Positions 22,601 through 33,900 of a DNA stretch of 64,000 bases are shown here, piece by piece (the stretch's first letter is position 1; every line of letters begins with the position of its first letter). A model generated the notes under the pieces. That model did no database searches. It saw only the letters and a program-made list of their open reading frames with translations, and was not told the origin of the DNA. This DNA is from Diplonema japonicum. Lineage: Eukaryota; Protista; Euglenozoa: Diplonemea. The stretch lies in the NCBI GenBank assembly GCA_964019335.1, contig OZ025718.1, positions 310,001-374,000 of the forward strand. Direction: 5' to 3'. The translations under genes and the position numbers were made by a program.

Positions 22601-23538
22601 GACTCCTTGTCGCCCCATGACACGACCTTACCCGATTTGAACAAAATGGCAACGGCTGCACGTGTTGTTGCAATATCATGAACGGCTTCAGTTTCAACAG
22701 CGGTTTGAACTGACTCGGGGATGACTTCTCCGAAGGAGTCGGGCGCGGTCTTCCACCAGTTAACGTACCACTTCGACCCCGAATTGTACCCTTTCGACTG
22801 CGCGTCATAGTAAGGAAGCTTTGTCGGATTCCCGCTCCGCCAGCCTTTAATCTTCACAGTCCCTGTGGTATACTCCTTGTACACCATGACGAACGACAAA
22901 TCTGTTGATGCGAAATGGAGCACAGTGTCGAAGGGGTCCAACCTTGCGGACTGCACGTCGCTTGTTGTGATGTGCTCCCCATGGAATATGAAGTGTGTTG
23001 TGTTTTTTCGAACTGCGGTGTAGATGTCAGTGATCAATGTGGAGGTGCTTGCTAGTGATGTCACGCCTGCAGAGAGTAGCCCTGGGCGGCCAAGAACTGC
23101 CCATCGGCTGTTTGGTTTTCCCCATGTAGCAACACCGCCAAGATGTGGGTTTTGAGTTGGGATTTCACATGGGCAGAGTCGTTGGGCTTCTAATGAAGCC
23201 ACCCGTGTGCAGTGTGGTCGAGCTACGCTGTAGCCTCCTTTGCTCCATTTTCGTTCCGCGAATCCTGTTCCGCAGTACGTTACCCCGTTTCTTGTGAACC
23301 TTGCCGGTCCTTCATAGAAATCGCCTTCTATGTGTTTGGAGCATTCGATGCTGGCGTCTTTGAAGGGCGAGCCTTCCCTCACCCCCCACCCTGCCTCGCT
23401 GCACACGAGGTTTCCCCTCATTCTGCATGTTAGAACGCAGTCCTTTCCGTGCTCACCTAAAAACCAAAGGTGGTCGCCGCCCTCAGCGGGACTTAATAGC
23501 AATGTCGATGCAAGGAGGAAGATGGATCTATTTCGCAT
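19630..23538 (-). CDS. Type-I membrane protein with RCC1-like repeats, PAN/apple-like and EGF-like modules
   Basis: Signal peptide MRNRSIFLLASTLLLSPAEG; (S/A)T..AF....G.V.(S/T)WG....GG repeats; TAEECAQRCLEKPGCTGFEF; NECQADDC...QLCLEP...DDFTCLC; TM LLPLLLLLLPSAGFIVWALVI. Intron 19768-19812 adds a 45-aa last exon. Confidence 0.8.
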
Positions 23539-23738
23539 CTTTTTTTTTTTTTATTTTTATTTTTTATATTTTTTTTTCTTCCCCCGTTTTCTCCCCTCCC
23601 CTTCTCTCCCCCCCCCTCCCCTCCTTTTTTTTTTAAACTAGTGGTGACTGTAAAAAAAAAAAAAAAAAGAAAAAAAAAACATTAAGAACACCCTCCTAAA
23701 GGCACATGACTGCGTGTAAGCTTCCTATCCCCCCCTCA

Positions 23739-24023
23739 CTAGAACGTGTTTATATGGCTCTTTATCTTGTTCAGTGTTTGCACGGTCTGCGCATTTGATG
23801 CCTGAACACCAGCGAGTTGTTTGTTAAGCTCAACATTTGAATTATAGAGATCTGTATAAGTCTTGCGAACGCCACCCACCATGGCCGCGAACTGCTGCGG
23901 GGTATTTTTCTTCTTTTTTTATTTTACCTGTGTAGGATCGGCTCCACCTGTTGCCACAGGTTTGGCAGCTGGCTGAGCTGCATAGCCGGCAGGCGCCGCT
24001 CCTGCTGGTGCTACTGCTGCCAT
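23739..24023 (-). CDS. Small 83-aa protein (Ala/Pro-rich N-terminus plus coiled-coil-like segment)
   Basis: ATG after A16. A 33-nt intron at 23895-23927 joins MAAVAPAG...DPTQ to QFAAMVGGVRKTYTDLYNSNVELNKQLAGVQASNAQTVQTLNKIKSHINTF*. Confidence 0.7.
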
Positions 24024-24329
24024 TTTTTTTTTTTTTTTTCTTCCTCTTTTCAAACCTATGGATTCAAGGAATTTTCGTCCAAAAAAAAAGAAGAAATAAA
24101 TACATAAATACAGCTTGTTGCAATGGATACACAAAAGAAAAAGAAAATGCTCGAATTGTGGTACAATACAGGTGTGAAAAAAAAAAAAGGAAGAAGAAAA
24201 AAAAAGAGAAAGTAGACGTGACGGTGTTGAAAACATTAACAAGGTGGGAGAGACAATAAGGGGGGAGGGGGGATACAAAATCTTTTTTTATTTTATGCGT
24301 GGAATCTAATTTTCTTTCGGGGGCGGTCC

Positions 24330-26617
24330 TCACTCCTGTGCCGACGAAGGTCTCTGGGATGGGGGGAGCTTAAAAGGCGGGACCGCCTGTTTTTTTTTTT
24401 TTTTTTTTTTTTTTTTGTTGTTTATTTTCCCCCCCTCCCGTGTGCCCCAACCCTTACACACCGCAGATTTATAAGAAGCAGGTGCTTTGGCATATTGAGA
24501 AGAGAAGCCGTGACTTGCAGAACCAGGGCTAGACGGAACCCTGTGTGTGTGTGTGTGTGTTTTTTAAATCCTTTCTCATACCCCTTCGAAGGATAACTAC
24601 TGCCGGGAGGTGCAGGCAGTTTCATGGGCCGATTCACAAGCTGAGGCTGCTCATACTGTGGGTACGTGTCTGTGCGTGCAGGGGACGCTGAGGTTCTACG
24701 CCGCCTGCTCCTAGAGGGGGACGCCTCAACAGGAGCCGGCTGGTCAGGCCTGTGCCCCTCGGAGGGTGGTGCACCAGGGGTCGTCTCCGATGGGGAGGGC
24801 AGTGACTGAGCAGTGTCCCTCCTCCTCCTCCTCCTTGAAGACTCGCTATCTTCCCTCCTCCTCCTCCTTGGTGACTCGCTGTCTTCACGCCTCCTGCTCC
24901 TTGGTGACTCGCTGTCTTCCCTCCTCCTCCTCCTTGGTGACTCGCTGTCTTCCCTCCTCCTCCTCCTTGGTGACTCGCTGTCTTCACGTCTTCTCCTCCT
25001 TACGGACCCGTCCTCCTCCCTCCGCCGCCGTCTCTTCTCTTCGTCTCGTTCCGGTGGAACGCTGCTCTTCACGCTGCCAACCTGAGCGTTCCTTCTCTGC
25101 ACGGACTGGACCTTCCCAAGGTCGGTATGGATTGGGTCCCGCCTGTCCTTGCACCGCTGCTCGAACTTCTCAAGCACTGCCTCCGCGTCTCGCACGTCGG
25201 TGAACTGCATCTCCGCAACAACACCCTCCTTTGCGTCGAGGATGTGCACCTGTGAAGGCTGCAGCCCCATCTCCGTCGCTATGTCATGCTCAGCCTCACC
25301 AATGTCGAAGTCCTTGTAAGGCCTGTCGATCCTCACGTATGCTGTCGACGATTGGCTCTTGTCCGCCTGCGCTGCGGGAAGCCCATACCCGTGCGTACCA
25401 GGGCTGACCTTTGCAGACCCTACCCACGACTTCAAAGGGTGGAGGACTGCCTTGGCAGGCCTGCCCGTCTCTTTAAGCACCTTTGCTGCGTTGTTCAGCT
25501 TGTACGGGCGCGGGTCCTGCAGGGCGTGGTGGATGTGGTGCTTGACGCTCTGGACATCAAGCCTGTTGACATCGAAGACAGCGTGCATCCTAAGCGTGCT
25601 CTGCGTGAGGAGCTCGACGGACGTGATGTGAGTGTGCTCAGGTGGCTGTCGCAGGAACTCCGCTATTGACACTTCGGCAGCTTCGATGAAGCGCTTCTCA
25701 AGCCCCTGCCCCTTGCTGCCCTGGATGGAGGTGTAGTCGAACCTGTCGCCTACGAACACGTAGAAAGACGCAGGCAGGATGATGTCGTTGTGCTCATTAG
25801 GGACGTAGCAGTCCCACCCTGCTAGGGAAGCGTCGCCGCGTGAGCTGGTCCCCAGGTCCCCCGAAAGATGGTTGTTGTTCGTGGTGTCCTTGAGGAGGGG
25901 ATGGTCCCGGCGGGACTTCCTCTTCCGCTCTCTCTGCAGCTTTGCGTTCGTGAACTCCAGCTCCTTTAGTAGCTGCTGCTCCCTGTCGGGCCACCTCCCG
26001 AGCATCACCTCGTCCTCGTCGTAACGCGGCCACCACTCGCTGTCGTCCTCTCCGGGGGCTGCAGGGCTTGTCCAGTTGTACGCCCCTGTCCTTCCTGATG
26101 CTTCTGCGTAGAGAGGCCTTCCCTCGTGTGCTGCCCCAGGGGCGTGTGCCACCATGTGACGTTCGCATTCTGCATTCTCCTTTTGCACCCTCCCCAGCTC
26201 CTCGCGCGTCTCGATGATCCGCCGCATGATGGTGTCCTCAGCATCTCTGTTCGTGATGCCCCGCTTGTTGCTGTCCCACTGCCCTGCGAGGCTCTCTGCT
26301 CCGTTCCATGAGAAGCAGACTCTGTTGCTGCCGGTGTCCTTCCTTCTGTCCACAACGGGGAGGGGCTGCAGGCTGGGCAGTTCAGGGCGCCCCGCGGGCA
26401 TCATCCCAACAGGCACGGGGCTCACCATGTTGCGGTCGGCGGTGCTGGGCAGGTGCTGGCTGGGGGATCTGGGGAACATGGATGGGTGGTTGGCACGCGG
26501 AGAAGCCACCATTTGTATGCAGCTGTTGCTGCCGGTGGCTGTGTTTGCCGCCTTCCGGATAGGGGAGATCCCATGCTGGCTGAAGCCTGCTGGGTCGTGC
26601 GGCACTGGGTACGGCAT
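24330..26617 (-). CDS. Hypothetical protein with coiled coils and REDSESPRRRR repeats
   Basis: Long GC-rich ORF. ATG at 26617 lies just after a T-rich tract ending TTCCACAG. Introns 24541-24581 ((CA)n-filled) and 24387-24461 keep the frame to ...RPSSAQE*. Confidence 0.75.
24820..25000 (-). repeat. 33-bp coding tandem repeat, about 5 units (REDSESPRRRR)
   Basis: Repeated GAAGACAGCGAGTCACCAAGGAGGAGGAGGAGG on the minus strand. Confidence 0.9.
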
Positions 26618-26727
26618 CTCCTGTGGAAAAGTTGCGACAAGAAAAAAAGAAAAAACAAAAAAAAAAAAAAAGTCTAGTAATCTAGTGTGGGACAATCTTA
26701 ACAGGAGGTATACAGGAGGTATCGCCA

Positions 26728-27081
26728 TTACGGCGCCTGCGGCCACTGATACTCGTTTGGCTTGAAGTTCAGCGCAAACTGGCGTTCGTAGTGGATAGGC
26801 GTCTCGCGCCTCTCAGAAACTAGCTCAGGGTGTTCAAAGGCATATAGATGGTTGATGTCATCTTTAGACAGCTGGTGGGTTTCCCTGCTCAGTACCAGGC
26901 AAGTCCCGTGCCGCCTGCACGGGTGGCTGTATTTCCACCAGTGGTCCTTGTCGTAGAATTGCGACACATTTTGCAGGTAGGGGCATGCAGCACCTTGCGG
27001 GCACTCGGGAGGCCTACTGCGCAGGACGTTTGTCGGGGAGCCTTTCCCTGCCTTCGCCTGTTTTTCTATCATATTCAACAT
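26728..27081 (-). CDS. Small protein with two PBZ-like (CCHH) zinc fingers
   Basis: RPPECPQGAACPY...HWWKYSHP followed by CRRHGTC...HLYAFEHP. Confidence 0.65.
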   Translation of the reverse strand: MLNMIEKQAKAGKGSPTNVLRSRPPECPQGAACPYLQNVSQFYDKDHWWKYSHPCRRHGTCLVLSRETHQLSKDDINHLYAFEHPELVSERRETPIHYERQFALNFKPNEYQWPQAP

Positions 27082-27574
27082 GTCTGCCTATTTTAGTGGT
27101 ACGACGGGGGAGAGAGAAAGCAATGTTAAGGAGCGGTTAGGTATAAGAAGAAGGGAGAAAAAAAAAAGGATTGGAAGGGGCTTTTTTTTTGTGGGACCTT
27201 AATTCGCCCCCCCCCCCATTGAGGCACACAAGAGAGGGGGGGGGGGGAAAGAAATCTCCCTTTTTTTTCTTGGTTCATTCCCCTCATCATCTTCCCCGAT
27301 CTCTAAAGGTCGCCGCAAACCGCTACTATTTGTTACCTTTCTTTTTTTTTCTTCTTCCTCTTTCCCCTTCCTTTTTTTTGGGGGGGGGGGTAAAGTACTT
27401 ATTCAACTTTTAATCCATAGCACTCCAAGGCGCAAATATTTGTCGTTTTGAAAAATGATTTTTTTTTTCTCAAGTAAGAGTAAGTACTTTTTCGTCCCCC
27501 CCGAACCTTGGATCTCCAAGAACGACTGTAGTGAAGAGTTATTTTGAACTGCATTTCAAGCCGGGGCTTGCATT

Positions 27575-27865
27575 TCGTTGGGGTGTTGCGGACTCTTCTG
27601 GCGGGTTCTAGAAGTGACAATAGTTAACTGCCACGCACTTCAAATAAAATATGGTTCAGAGATGCCAAAGAGATACAAAACCCTGGCTGCTTTTAAAGAG
27701 CTTGCTAGAGAGCCTAATTGATGGGTCCAGTGTTGCAAAAGTAGTGCACACCCCCGACACCCCACCAGCCACTCAAAGGGGGCACCTCCAGGGTATAATC
27801 TACAAATGCTACGCCTGTAACCAACACCTCTGTCCAAATAAGTGCTTTTTTTTGTACCACTCTTC
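27575..27865 (+). pseudogene. Decayed piggyBac-type transposase C-terminal fragment
   Basis: Frameshifted plus-strand translation RW/GLFWRVLEVTIVNCHALQIKY...AFKELARE, then IIYKCYACNQHLCPNKCFFLYHS, matching the piggyBac Cys-rich domain pattern YxCxxCxxxLCxxxCFxxYH. Confidence 0.75.
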
Positions 27866-28486
27866 CGTCACCCCAAAAGGGCTTCTTGACAATTTCGAGG
27901 CCGATATTCCACACCCGTAAAAAGGCACTTCTCTCGGTCTGAGAGATCTGAGGGGTCCTGATGCTGCCTTTTTTGCCCTGAGACGCTTAATCTACACCCC
28001 GTTCGTATTTTTATTAATTTCTGAACTTTTAATTGTTTTTAATTTTTCTCGATTCAAAAAAAAAACCCCACGGCGACAGACGAGAAGTGGCAACTTGCTG
28101 CCTAAACTTGGGATGAATGCTAAAATCAACATTTCTTTTGAAGAAAAAAAAGTATGGGGTCACTTTTGTACTTTACCCCCTCCCTTTTTTATTTTAATGT
28201 GCATACTTCTAAGTGTCTGGGACACCCTTAAAGAATAGGTTAGGGGTGGTGGTGTGAGGTGTGTTGTGTTTTGTTTATAGAGCACGGAGGAGAAAAAAAG
28301 AACATCCTCTTCTTCCCCCCCTTTTTTTTTTCTCAGTTTAAAATCCCCTCCTCCATATTTCTTTTTTTTTTTTTCACTAAGCCTCTAACCAAGATTTTCA
28401 CCTGCTTCTCTGCGAGGGAGAGAGGAAGAAAAAAACTACCCCCTTCCTTTTTTTTTTTCCCCCTTCCCCTTTCTTTCCTCCCTCCC

Positions 28487-28518
<32 letters not shown>

Positions 28519-28712
28519 CCTTTCTCTAGTGAAAAGACGAATAAACTGTGTAAACAGGCGCCTCCTTTTCATTTTACAATCTGGGAAACGCGATATGGAG
28601 AGACAGGACACAGGAAAAAAAAAAAAAAGAAGAAAAAAAAAAAAAAAGCAAGCTTCAATTCTCTATTAGTCCTATTCCCACAACCCAATCCTTAGAGGGG
28701 TTCCTTAGTTTG

Positions 28713-28749
<37 letters not shown>

Positions 28750-28869
28750 CCCTTTCTTCCTCTCTCTTTTTTTTTTGTTTTTTTTTTTTGTTTTTTTTTT
28801 GTTTCCTTTTTCTATATGTATCTTTACCTCTTTTTTTTAATTTATTTATTTTTTTTTTTAATATTTTTA

Positions 28870-29412
28870 TCACAATCTGATCCTTGGACAACAACGGGAG
28901 ACAAGCCGACGGAAGTGTTCTATTTTTTTTTTCTTTTTTCCCCCCCCAAATTCTCTCAGCAAACCTATCAACATGGATTCCGGTGAGGGATGACGCAGAC
29001 CTTCATGGTCAGAATCTCCGTCGTCCTGGTCAAAGGAGTGCAGGGAAGAAGAGGATTGAGATCTGCTGCAATCAGTAGGGCGGGATGCCGGGGGTGGTGG
29101 CAGCAGAACCTCTGTAACCTTCTCAGGAGAGGGCTCTCCAGTATACAGCTCTGCTTCATGAAGAGTAGTCCAACAGAGGGGACACGTGCCTTTACGTTCC
29201 CTCCAGCTCTCTGCACATTGGAGGTGGAAGGCATGGCCGCATAGGTAGGTCATTGCAGGATTTGTGATATTATACTTCTCAAGGCAAATACTGCAGGTGT
29301 CTTGGCAGTACGCACCGAACTCACCAAATACACCGCTGGAGGCCGAGGACATGGTCAGGGCACTGTTGCTTTTCGTCATTGATAAGGGCGACCCCCTGCG
29401 GGCTCCCCCCAT
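28870..29412 (-). CDS. RING-H2 E3 ubiquitin ligase
   Basis: CSICLEKYNITNPAMTYLCGHAFHLQCAESWRERKGTCPLC. 45-nt in-frame intron at 28920-28964. Start codon uncertain. Confidence 0.85.
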   Translation of the reverse strand: MGGARRGSPLSMTKSNSALTMSSASSGVFGEFGAYCQDTCSICLEKYNITNPAMTYLCGHAFHLQCAESWRERKGTCPLCWTTLHEAELYTGEPSPEKVTEVLLPPPPASRPTDCSRSQSSSSLHSFDQDDGDSDHEGLRHPSPESMLIGLLREFGGGKKKKKIEHFRRLVSRCCPRIRL

Positions 29413-29506
29413 GGTGTGCAATGACTCCCCTTTGCCCTCCTTTTTTTTTTTTTTTTTTTTTTTGATGAAGTTTCAGGGGGGCGAAGAAAAAAAGAAAGAA
29501 AAAAAT

Positions 29507-30739
29507 CTAATACGGCGACATGACCCTTGAACCACCACTTATCGTCGTGAAATTATTTGGTTGTTGTTGTTGTTGTGATGCGTCGCTGCCTGCTTGTTCC
29601 TCCTCAGGAGGCGGTGTCACAGCTTGCAAGGACATTAACGAGACCCTTGCTAACCCGAGGGCTTGGTCTCGAAGCACGTTCAGCTCGTCAGGCGGAGTCT
29701 TTTCATGCTCTCTCGACCACCCCGACGTCAGCTCCCGCACTATGTCCGTCGACGCGCTTCCCTCTGTATCCGTCTCGCTCCCTTCCTCCCGTTCCTCTTC
29801 GTGCGTTGTCTCGGCCCGCTGCTGCGGGAGGTTCTCAACCGGCACAACCAAAGGCGGGAGTTTAAATTTCTGCGTTACCTTATTCGGCCAGATTACGTGA
29901 CTGGCCAGCCATTTCTTTGCAAGAGTCTGTTTAAAAAAAAAAAAAAAAAACATTATAATACCCTCCCCCCAGTAACATACAGCAAGCAAGGACGTAATGA
30001 CCTGTGAGTCGATAATTTTATGCCGCGCTCCAATCTCGCTTTTCATTTTGACCGACACATCAGGAACTGTGATTTTTATATTTTTTTTTTTTTAAAAAGT
30101 GGACAAACCATTTGCAAGCGAGACTTCTAAGATGCTTCTCGTGGCGGGGTTGGGGAACAATGCTGACCGGCCTGGTACTTCGGTGGCGTGGTTGGAGGCA
30201 TCCCACACTATTTTCAAGCGGGTTTGCACATCTATAGATGCTACGCCGACTTGCATAGGGAACATAGATGTCCCGAGAAGGGGAAGTTGCACAGGGTGCT
30301 CGATTGCAAATGTCGCGCTGAAGCCCCCTTGGTAAAACGCATCTGCGTAGAATGCGACTCTGTTGGGACCTTCATAAGAGCACTCCACCCCGCATAGTTG
30401 CGGGGCAGTTCCTCCCAGCTTCAGTTCTATCATCTCGAACTTCCCTCCACTGAGATGCATGACCCTGTTCACCCTTTCCTGTAACCACCTCTTTACCTCG
30501 TCTTCTCCAAGGTCTCTGAGAAGAAACCCGTACCCTCTGTCAATGAGTAGCTGTAACCAATTGCACGTCTTCATATCCCGAACGCCTCTCCTGTCTGGGG
30601 TTATTCTGAACACGGGGATCTGCTTTGATTTTGCAAACACCACAAACCGTAGCACCACGATGACTACCACCCATGCAAGTCCGGACAGTAAGAAGTAGAA
30701 GGCTAGTTGGTCTGTTCCGACACCTAGGTCTAGATCCAT
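29507..30739 (-). CDS. Membrane-anchored SMP/TULIP lipid-transfer domain protein
   Basis: N-terminal TM; TCNWLQLLI, ELKLGGTAPQL, SEIGARHKIIDSQVITSLL, HVIWPN. Introns at 30067-30108 and 29927-29980. Confidence 0.8.
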
Positions 30740-30994
30740 CTCTTTTTTCTTTTTTTTTTTTTCTTGGAGATTGAACTCTCCCTACCCCACACCCCCCGCC
30801 TGAGAAAAAAAAAGTTTAAACGAAGAAAAAAAAGGGGGGGGGGGAACAATAGAAGTGAGTGTAAATGTGGTGTACGGTAGCTCTTTCTTTTTCTTTCCTT
30901 TTTTTTTTTTGTTTTTGGTTGATTTATCATTTTACTTTTTTTTAAAAACTTTTTTTAAGAAGAAAAAAAAAAAAAAAAAAAAGAAAAAAAAAAT

Positions 30995-33900
30995 TCACTG
31001 CAATACACAATTGCAATTTTCCATCAGGCAGTACGACCTACTGTATTTTTCGTTGATCTCCTTGGCCTTCTGATGGCCCTTTCTAATCTGGGCGAGCTGT
31101 CGGGCACTCGTACGAAGACTCTCACGGAGCTGGAGCAGCTGGGTTTCTACAAAAAAAAAAAAAAAAAAAATCAAGATAAAAAAGAAAAAAAAAAAACCCC
31201 AAAAAAAAATCATACGTTTAACCCCTACCAAGTGCTTCGTCTCATCTCGCATTCTCTCGAGCCTCTTGATGTCGGCGGCTTTCTGCACAGGGTCACCACT
31301 TACCGCTTCACGGAAGTGACAGGTAATAGTGGGACATGTCGACAGCCGTTTCTCGTTCTCGTCGTAAAGGAACAAGGCACGGTACCCCAGCCGGCACGCT
31401 ACAAGAGGGAGCGACCCTCTGGCTAGAAAGACACCTTCATCGGACCCATCATCATGGTAAACAGTGAGGGTTAGTACAGCGTGTTCTTTTTGAGTGATTG
31501 GTATGCTCCATGAATCGTCCCACCGTGGGCAGTACCCGTTGTCCTGCAGCGACCGTGTTCGTGCTGCAAAACAATCTTCCAACACACCGTCTACTCGTAT
31601 CTCAACGTAAGGATCTACAATCGCAGCGAGCTGATCGTCCTCTTTTGAGAAAGCTTTTTTAATGTGAGCGGCTGGGTTTAAGGCGTCAAGCAAGCTCTCG
31701 CCTTTTTCCCCGTCGGCGGGGCCGGACGGTAGGAACTGCGCGGACGTGATTTTGCATATGAAGGTGCAGGGCCCGGTTTCGCGCCACCGCCGCCCTGCAT
31801 CGAGTTCCTCTTGCGTTGCTTCCTTGTTGTCGTGATTGCTCGATTTCGACCCACCCGATGTGTCATCCTCGGGGTCCGATAGTAAATGTGTTGGTTTCAA
31901 CAGGTACCCGTAACTTCCTTTATGAGACATTCGAAATTTTGACCGGTACAGGGAACGCAGAGCTATCGCGTCTTTTCCCGCGCGGGTGTGCGGGTTTGGG
32001 AGGTAGTCGATGCCGACCATTTGTACGCCGGCGGAGAATGCGTTCCCTACGCCGTCGAAGAGAGGGGTGCAGCTCTCTGCTGCGGAGTGCTTCTTCCAGT
32101 TCGACCATTTTTGGTTCCGGTCTTTTCCGATGGAATCTGCTGTGGGACGGGTCACTGTGTCGCAGTCTTTAGAACTGACGAGCTTTTCCGTCGACGTTTT
32201 GATGAGAAACTCGTTTTGAGTTTTCCATTTGTCTATAGTGCCTGAACCGGGTTCCCCATTGGTTGTGAATTTTACTTTGTCGCCCACTCCGAATATTCTG
32301 TCGTTTGTTTCCCGCTCAGCTACGACGTACGTCATATGGCAGCGTGTCCAAGTGTGCAGCTCGTTTATGTAGTCGGATTTCTTCGGAAGCTCCGCGTCGT
32401 CGATCGGGAGGTGAAGACCGTGCGTCGTGGATTTCTCTGATGATTCATTGATGTCTTTGATCTCTTCTCTCATCTGTCTGAACTGCCACTTGTCGATTTT
32501 GTCGAGCTTTGATTTAATCTCGTCCTCCGTCCAGCACACCATGAACTCACCGTTTGGTCTAGTCAACTGTCGTGGGGTCGGCTGTGCTGCTGATATTACA
32601 GACATCGACCTTTCACGTACCGATTGGCGTCGTTGGTGCTGGTGTGGGTTGTCATGAATATCACCTGAGTCGGGCCACGACATGGCAGTAGGTTTCTTAA
32701 CACAAGCATCGTTTCTCGCAGGATTGTGGCTGCACAGTTTTTCAGACATTACGTCTTTACAGTAAGGCTCCGATCTATCCGGTGCGCAGGAAGGTATGAT
32801 CTCCAACGTTGCGATCCTCGACAGCTCTGTCTGTACAGCGCGTTTTGTCAACGGGATCCAAGGTGAGGCCTTAGCGTCTGTCACAACACCTTTTATGGCT
32901 ATGATGAACCGTTTGTATAAGAGGCCTAACGGAAGGGATGCAACACCGCCCATTTCTTTGACGCTTTTAACGGCGGTGCGTGCCGAGCCGTCTTTCGCTG
33001 CTCCCGCTGGGGTCTCATACATTTCGTTTGGGGTGATTATAGTACCGTGGGACGCTGCCTTTCCTACAGTACCGCACGTGCAGGACCCGGGGTGCTGAAC
33101 GGTACCAAGAACGTCCTTTAAAACACCGGCAATTGAATTGTGGTCTGCAACCCAGTTCGGACCATCTGCGACCTCCACAACGAGGATGAACGGTGTGGGA
33201 GAGAATTTAAACGCGTTGTCCTTGATGATCCACAACATCTCGGATAAGGACTCTCCCTTCTCTCTAATCGGTTTGTAGAAGTGGGAAGGGTGCTCTTTGT
33301 TGTCAGGTGGCGGTGCATCTGTGTCGAACACGGCTACAGGCTTCTTCTCGATCGGAAAATCGTGTGGATATCCAGATGTTCCGACACGCCAATTTCCTTT
33401 ACTACGCCGCCCGACACGTTTATCCCTTGGACAAAGATGAATGGCCCTTGGGTTGAACTCAGACATGGTTCTTGATAACGCTTCTCTGGGTGTTAGAATT
33501 TTTGTGCACCCGTAGGGCAGATATGTCGTGGGTGCGATGTTTGACACTATGCCGTACGCGCTGTTGATTGACGTAGCGATGTAGAAGTCTTTTAAAGGAC
33601 GGCCCCAGACGCCGACGCCGAGTTCCAAGCTGTCTGGTGTGTATTGAGCCCATTCTGGTTCGACGGTTGCCCATGGGTTGAACGCGGTGTTTATAACAGA
33701 GTGCATCAGGAATGTTGTGAACTTTGCTTTTGAAATCTCAGATTTGTAGTATTTCAGGATGTGTTCCTGGACCATCAGGATTGTTTGGTCCCGTCTTTCG
33801 CGGACGCCCTTTCGCAGGTGGTCGCGTTCTTCTTTAAGCGATCTTAGCTTGGACTTCAGAGTCAGCTGGTCGTTTGAGAATGATGTTTTTAACTCTTTCT

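Noticed and set aside
24820-25000. CRISPR-like periodic repeat
   Set aside because: Contiguous 33-bp coding units without unique spacers, in a eukaryotic gene.
29412-29512. Fusion of the SMP and RING-H2 ORFs into one gene
   Set aside because: The best donor (CC|GTATTA) is phase 2 while the available acceptors need phase 0 or 1. Kept as two genes, although a weak donor cannot be excluded.
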